Positions 58,914 to 64,000 of a stretch of DNA of 64,000 nucleotides are shown in pieces. Position numbers and translations under genes: made by a program. The DNA is from an uncultured candidate division Zixibacteria bacterium. Its GTDB lineage: Bacteria; Zixibacteria; MSB-5A5; GN15; PGXB01. The first letter of the stretch is position 1. Every line of letters begins with the position of its first letter. The notes beneath the pieces were generated by a model that was not told the DNA's origin, did no database searches, and saw only the letters and a program-made list of their open reading frames with translations. The stretch spans positions 2,368,001 to 2,432,000 of the forward strand of contig OY969724.1 of assembly GCA_963702205.1 (NCBI GenBank). Reading direction: 5' to 3'.

Positions 58914-59789
58914 ATGAAAAAGATTATAATTTTAGTCGCTTCCGTGATGGTTCTGGGCTTACTGTTCGGATGTGATAATAATAACGACAAGATAGTCGTG
59001 ACCGATTATGGCACCCCGCAGCGGCCTCAAAATGTGTTTTCGATTACCGGCGACGGCCAGGTTCGCCTGTTCTGGCTGCCGGTGGAATACGATAACCTGC
59101 AATTCTATAGAATCTGGAGAAACACCGACGGAGGCGATCAATATTATCTGTATGATACGGTATTGTCGTACTTTGATATCAGCGTCTATGAAGATTACAC
59201 CGATTATAATGTCACCAACGGTCAGACGTATTGGTATGCGGTTACGGCGTACGGTATGGACGGCGAGGAATCGGAGTTGTCGTACGAACTGGTTTACGAT
59301 ACTCCCCGTCCGGAAGGAACCGGTTTGGTGCTGACCGATACGGCGACGGTGGCGGCGACCTCCGGATTTGATTTAAGCACGCGGAATATATTACTCTGGA
59401 ACAATGCCGAGACCGATATTTTTGTCGACTATGATGCGGGGCTGGAAACGTACTTTTTGAATGCGGCCAGATCGGATGTTTATATACAGGATATGGGTTT
59501 TACCCAGGATTTGGATGAAATTTCGTTTGCTCCCGATACGGGTTGGTCGTATGTCGGCTGGCAGGAGATAATCGAGGGTCATACCTTTGTTATCTGGGCC
59601 GATCATCATTACGCGAAGATGCGGGTCGACTATGCCGATTATAACGATGGCTGGGTGGAGTTCGAATGGGCTTATCAGATCGATGCGGATAATCCGCAAC
59701 TGGCTCCTCCGCCCCCGCCACAGGATATAAATTACGGTAAGCGGTTGCTTACGTCGGAAAATAACGACCAGCCATCGGCGGGTCTATAA
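58914..59789 (+). CDS. Lipoprotein with an FN3-like domain
   Basis: Lipobox LLFG-C; 'GDGQVRLFW', 'NGQTYWYAVTAY..DGEESELS'. Confidence 0.82.
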   Translation: MKKIIILVASVMVLGLLFGCDNNNDKIVVTDYGTPQRPQNVFSITGDGQVRLFWLPVEYDNLQFYRIWRNTDGGDQYYLYDTVLSYFDISVYEDYTDYNVTNGQTYWYAVTAYGMDGEESELSYELVYDTPRPEGTGLVLTDTATVAATSGFDLSTRNILLWNNAETDIFVDYDAGLETYFLNAARSDVYIQDMGFTQDLDEISFAPDTGWSYVGWQEIIEGHTFVIWADHHYAKMRVDYADYNDGWVEFEWAYQIDADNPQLAPPPPPQDINYGKRLLTSENNDQPSAGL

Positions 59790-59809
59790 ATAAGAAGGGA
59801 GTACAAGTC

Positions 59810-61237
59810 ATGAAACGCCATATTTTATTCGCAGCCGTCCTGATCCTGGCGCTGGGGACGTTCTCGGTGGCCAGGGCGGACCGGATGGGGTATGACCCGA
59901 CAATCGACTATGGTTCATATCTCAAGATCGACCGATATCTTAATATCGAAGTATGGACCGATCACGATGATTATTACCAGGGGGATAATGTACAGTTTTC
60001 GTTCAAGACCAATGAGGATTGTTTTGTAGTCGTATACAACATCGATTCGCGTGGCGACGTGCATATTCTTTATCCCGCCGGGCCCAACGACGACATGCGG
60101 GTTCAGGGCGGACGAATCTATACGGTGCCGTCGACCAATGACGACTACGATTTAACGGTTCAGGGGCCGGAAGGAGTCGAATACCTTCAGGCGGTGGCAT
60201 CGCGGGAGCCGTTCGATTTGAATGACTGGGATGACAATCTATATTGCAACGATGACCCATACGATTTCATGGATTACATCAACACGACGTTTTTGGGGTG
60301 TAATTCGGATTGTCACCGGTCTTATGATTTGACCTCGTTTATGGTCAAGCAGTGGGACGATTACTATTTTCGCCCGGTTTATAACTATGACCGGCCGTAC
60401 TGGTCCTATGCGGGTTCGGTTTATGTCGATTACCCGTTCGGGGCTTCGATATATATCGACGGTGTCTACTGGGGCTGTGCGCCGCTGTTTATCCCGAGGA
60501 TATACTACGGTTGGCACTGGGTGACGGTGTATGATCATTCCGGTTATTGCTGGGAAGACCGTATTCAGGTGGTCAGGCGCAAGTCGGTCGTTTTGAACGA
60601 TACGGTTATCAGGACTAAAGCCAGCGTGCATTCGCGCTACAGAGACGTTCAAAATACCGGATATCGTGACCCCGTAAAAAGCGGATATACCGATTACAAC
60701 AAACAGATTGTCCGGAAGCGCGAAATACAGGCCACCCGCCAAAGCTCGCCGCAAGGCAGTGCGACGCGGATGCAGACAGAAAGCCGTAGCGGAACGCGCT
60801 ACAACGATCAGACGACCACATCGGGCCGGACAAGGGGAACGGACCAAACGCAGCAGCGGTCTACGGAACCGAGAGGCACCTACGAGCGCGGTTCGCGTTC
60901 GACGAGAAGTGGCAGCGATACCAATAATACAAGACAGGGAAGTACGCGCAGCACGACACGGCGTCCCGCCGGGGAAACGCGCTCAACTCAGAAGAGGTCA
61001 TCGGGATCGCGGTCGATTGAATCATCGTCGAGACGGTCCTCGGAGAGCCCGTCACGTTCGACGGGCAGCGGCCAGCGTTCGACTCAAAGAAGCCAGGCGC
61101 GAAGCCAGCCGAGAAGCGAACCGTCGTCGCCACCTTCGGTAAGGAGTTCAGGTCAGGAAAGACAGTCATCGGGCAGCAGCAGTGGTTCCCAGTCAAGGGG
61201 CGGCGGCAGCAGCTCGGAAGCGCGGCAAAGGCGCTAA
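59810..61237 (+). CDS. Secreted DUF4384 + PEGA-like protein with an R/S-rich tail
   Basis: 'EVWTD...Y.QGD.V...DCFVVVYNID..G.VHILYP'; 'GASIYIDGVYWG.AP'; low-complexity C-terminus. Confidence 0.75.
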   Translation: MKRHILFAAVLILALGTFSVARADRMGYDPTIDYGSYLKIDRYLNIEVWTDHDDYYQGDNVQFSFKTNEDCFVVVYNIDSRGDVHILYPAGPNDDMRVQGGRIYTVPSTNDDYDLTVQGPEGVEYLQAVASREPFDLNDWDDNLYCNDDPYDFMDYINTTFLGCNSDCHRSYDLTSFMVKQWDDYYFRPVYNYDRPYWSYAGSVYVDYPFGASIYIDGVYWGCAPLFIPRIYYGWHWVTVYDHSGYCWEDRIQVVRRKSVVLNDTVIRTKASVHSRYRDVQNTGYRDPVKSGYTDYNKQIVRKREIQATRQSSPQGSATRMQTESRSGTRYNDQTTTSGRTRGTDQTQQRSTEPRGTYERGSRSTRSGSDTNNTRQGSTRSTTRRPAGETRSTQKRSSGSRSIESSSRRSSESPSRSTGSGQRSTQRSQARSQPRSEPSSPPSVRSSGQERQSSGSSSGSQSRGGGSSSEARQRR

Positions 61238-61299
61238 GAAATTAGTTGACTGATTGTCCGGGGGGCTGTAACATAAATACAGCCCCCGTGGAGTGAAAT

Positions 61300-61611
61300 A
61301 TGAAAAGATCATTAATTATCATAGTTGGTCTGGCGGTTCTGTTTTTGCAGGTGCCGGTTCCGGCCGTGGAAATACAGAAAGACACGGTCGAGAATAAGCA
61401 ACAAGTAAAGCAGGATAACAACGCTTTGAAAAGCAATCACGATACGGCCGGGCAGCAGCAAGCGCCGACGGAAATCAAAACCAATCAGAACAAAACCAAT
61501 CCGGCGCCGAAGGATTGCGACAATTTCGTAGATAAGAATAACAACGGTATCGACGACCGCGCGGAAAAAAAGAACACCACAAGTCCCGGTGAGACTAAAT
61601 CGAAGAAATAG
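61300..61611 (+). CDS. Small secreted protein with a DxNxNG Ca-binding-like loop
   Basis: Signal peptide; 'FVDKNNNGIDDR'. Confidence 0.65.
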   Translation: MKRSLIIIVGLAVLFLQVPVPAVEIQKDTVENKQQVKQDNNALKSNHDTAGQQQAPTEIKTNQNKTNPAPKDCDNFVDKNNNGIDDRAEKKNTTSPGETKSKK

Positions 61612-61661
61612 GTATATTTCAGCAGCTTTTTGTCATATCCCGTATTTCCAATATAAATGTC

Positions 61662-61690
61662 TTGACATACCCCTTATTTTTTGATAGAAT
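61662..61690 (+). promoter_or_regulatory. Sigma70 promoter of the hrcA operon
   Basis: TTGACA-N17-TAGAAT. Confidence 0.8.
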
Positions 61691-61692
61691 TT

Positions 61693-61719
61693 TTGGCACT
61701 CTTAAACAACGATTGCTAA
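61693..61719. promoter_or_regulatory. CIRCE element (HrcA operator)
   Basis: TTGGCACTC-N9-GATTGCTAA against consensus TTAGCACTC-N9-GAGTGCTAA. Confidence 0.9.
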
Positions 61720-61755
61720 ACCTTTTGACTAAGTTATTGTTTAAGTAGAAGTAAG

Positions 61756-62802
61756 ATGGCTTTTGAGAACTTATCATCGCGCGAGAAAAGGGTTTTACAG
61801 AACCTGATTACTCATTATGTCCAGACGGCGGACCCGGTCGGCTCGCGGGTGATTGCCAATAAATTTCGTATGGGTCTGTCTCCGGCAACCATTCGCAACA
61901 CGATGCAGGACCTGGAGGAGATGGGGCTGATCTCGCAGCCGCATACGTCGGCGGGCCGTATCCCGACCGACACCGGGTACCGTTTCTTTGTCGATGCCCT
62001 GCTCAAGCGGGAGCCGTTGACGGAAAATGAAAAGAAACTGATTGAAACGATCGTTCGCCAGGGCGGCAAAGGAATAGATTCTATTTTATCACAAACAAGC
62101 AAGGTGCTAAGCGAGATTACGAGTCAATTAGGATTGAGTATATCGCCGCGTTTCGAAGAGGGAACACTGCGCAAGATAGACCTTATTCCGGTCTCGGACG
62201 GGAAAATACTGGTAATTGTCGCCGTCAAGGGCGGTTTTGCGAGGTCAATCCTAATGGAGTTGGAATCGGATATCCCCGAAAGTGAATTCCGCGAAATCGA
62301 GTCCATATTGAACGAAAGGTTGTGCGGAAATACGCTGGGGCATATTAGAAAAACAATCAGCGAACGCCTGGCCGACACGACTCTTTCGCCCCGGCTGATC
62401 AAGCTGTTTGTCGATGCTTCGTCGGAAATCTGGTCCGATAACGCCGATGATAAACTTATCACGGTCGGCACGGACAATCTTATCATGCAGCCGGAATTCG
62501 CCAGCAGAGAGCGTATCACCGATATCGTGAAACTTCTCGAAGACAAAAAAGAACTTAAGGAATATATCAGTACCAGGTCGATCGGCGAGGGGATTATAAT
62601 AACTATCGGCGAAGAAAACACGATCGAGCGGATAAAGAACTGCTCGATGGTGACCTCAAGCTACAATGCGGGCAAGATTAAAGGGACAATCGGCATTATC
62701 GGGCCGACCCGTATGGCATACTCCAAACTGATCTCGATCGTGGAATATACGGCCCGGTCGCTGACGGCGGCACTGTCGGGGTCTCAGGGAGAGGAAGAAT
62801 AA
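61756..62802 (+). CDS. hrcA: Heat-inducible repressor HrcA
   Basis: 'PVGS', 'SPATIRN.M..LE', 'QPHTSAGRIPT', 'IGPTRMAY'. Confidence 0.97.
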   Translation: MAFENLSSREKRVLQNLITHYVQTADPVGSRVIANKFRMGLSPATIRNTMQDLEEMGLISQPHTSAGRIPTDTGYRFFVDALLKREPLTENEKKLIETIVRQGGKGIDSILSQTSKVLSEITSQLGLSISPRFEEGTLRKIDLIPVSDGKILVIVAVKGGFARSILMELESDIPESEFREIESILNERLCGNTLGHIRKTISERLADTTLSPRLIKLFVDASSEIWSDNADDKLITVGTDNLIMQPEFASRERITDIVKLLEDKKELKEYISTRSIGEGIIITIGEENTIERIKNCSMVTSSYNAGKIKGTIGIIGPTRMAYSKLISIVEYTARSLTAALSGSQGEEE

Positions 62803-62805
62803 ACG

Positions 62806-63435
62806 ATGAGCAAACATAAACATGACGGCAATGAAGACAGGCACGAAATAAAAGTGGAATTCAAAGATAAAGATGACGAAACTGTCGCGGCGGAAACGGC
62901 CGAGACGAAATCGGAAAAAGCGCCTAAAGCGGGCCAAGAGATTTACGAAGAAACCATAGCCGGGCTCGACGAGAAACTGAAAGAGGCCGAGGATAAATAT
63001 CTCCGGCTGGCGGCGGAGTTCGATAATTTTCGCAAACGGACGGCGCGTCAGTTCGAGGATATGTCACAGGCCGGACGGGTCCATGTGATCGCACAGCTGT
63101 TGACCGTGCTCGATAATTTCCAGCGAGCGCTCGATGCCTCGGCCAATTCTTCGAGCCACGACAGTCTGCGCGAGGGCACGGAACTGGTTTACAAAAACCT
63201 GTATGACGTTCTGACTAAAGAAGGTTTGGAGCCGATCGAGGCGGTGGGTAAACCGTTCGACCCGAATCTTCACGACGCTTTAATGCAGCTCGAATCCGAC
63301 GAACACCCCGAGGGAATCGTTGTTCAGGAAATTGTAAAAGGATATAAGTTGAATGACAGGGTTCTGAGGCATTCGAAAGTGGCGGTCAGTAAAGGACCGG
63401 GCGGGAAAAGTGATGCCTCGGAAAATGACGATTGA
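62806..63435 (+). CDS. grpE: Nucleotide exchange factor GrpE
   Basis: 'LRLAAEFDNFRKR', 'FDPNLHDA', 'GYKLNDRVLR'. Confidence 0.97.
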   Translation: MSKHKHDGNEDRHEIKVEFKDKDDETVAAETAETKSEKAPKAGQEIYEETIAGLDEKLKEAEDKYLRLAAEFDNFRKRTARQFEDMSQAGRVHVIAQLLTVLDNFQRALDASANSSSHDSLREGTELVYKNLYDVLTKEGLEPIEAVGKPFDPNLHDALMQLESDEHPEGIVVQEIVKGYKLNDRVLRHSKVAVSKGPGGKSDASENDD

Positions 63436-63463
63436 TAATATTGCAGAAGTTCAAAGGAGATAA

Positions 63464-64000
<537 letters not shown>

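Noticed and set aside
61261..61287. Terminator between the DUF4384 gene and the small secreted gene
   Set aside because: It is a 10-bp hairpin without a U-tract; it may be a stability element, so it was not called.

Overview
Bacterial chromosomal window, diderm (it encodes FlgH/FlgI rings and an outer-membrane beta-barrel). The cohesin/dockerin proteins with 'NYPNPFNP' C-terminal sorting domains suggest the FCB superphylum, possibly Zixibacteria; this taxonomy is inference only. Layout: (1) 1-7.4 kb: DUF512 fragment, der, an RsbU/RsbW/RsbV partner-switching module, a response regulator and a PAS kinase plus sigma54 activator. (2) 7.5-37 kb: large but incomplete flagellar cluster (motAB, flgBC, fliEFGHIJ, flgFGAHIJN, flgK-csrA-flgL-fliW, TPR-glycosyltransferase, flagellin split by a 1-nt frameshift at a G6 run, fliDS, FlgN/FliT-like, FlgM-like, HDOD), with visible sigma54 and sigma28 promoters, a shared candidate enhancer and CsrA-type GGA sites; a cohesin gene is inserted antisense. 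(3) 37-50 kb: housekeeping genes (PhzF family, queA, ispDF, DedA, ddl, HAD, cysS, tRNA-Thr, tRNA-Tyr), a large cohesin-dockerin surface protein and an EF-G paralogue. (4) 50.5-56.5 kb: accessory island in which REP-doublet inverted repeats bracket a methyltransferase-endonuclease fusion and a HEPN-motif gene, followed by a REP mosaic (106-bp and 24-bp tandem units) with repeat-flanked cupin genes. (5) 56.7-64 kb: OMP, sigma54 regulator, three envelope genes and CIRCE-hrcA-grpE-dnaK (partial). All calls come from reading the sequence; no searches were run.
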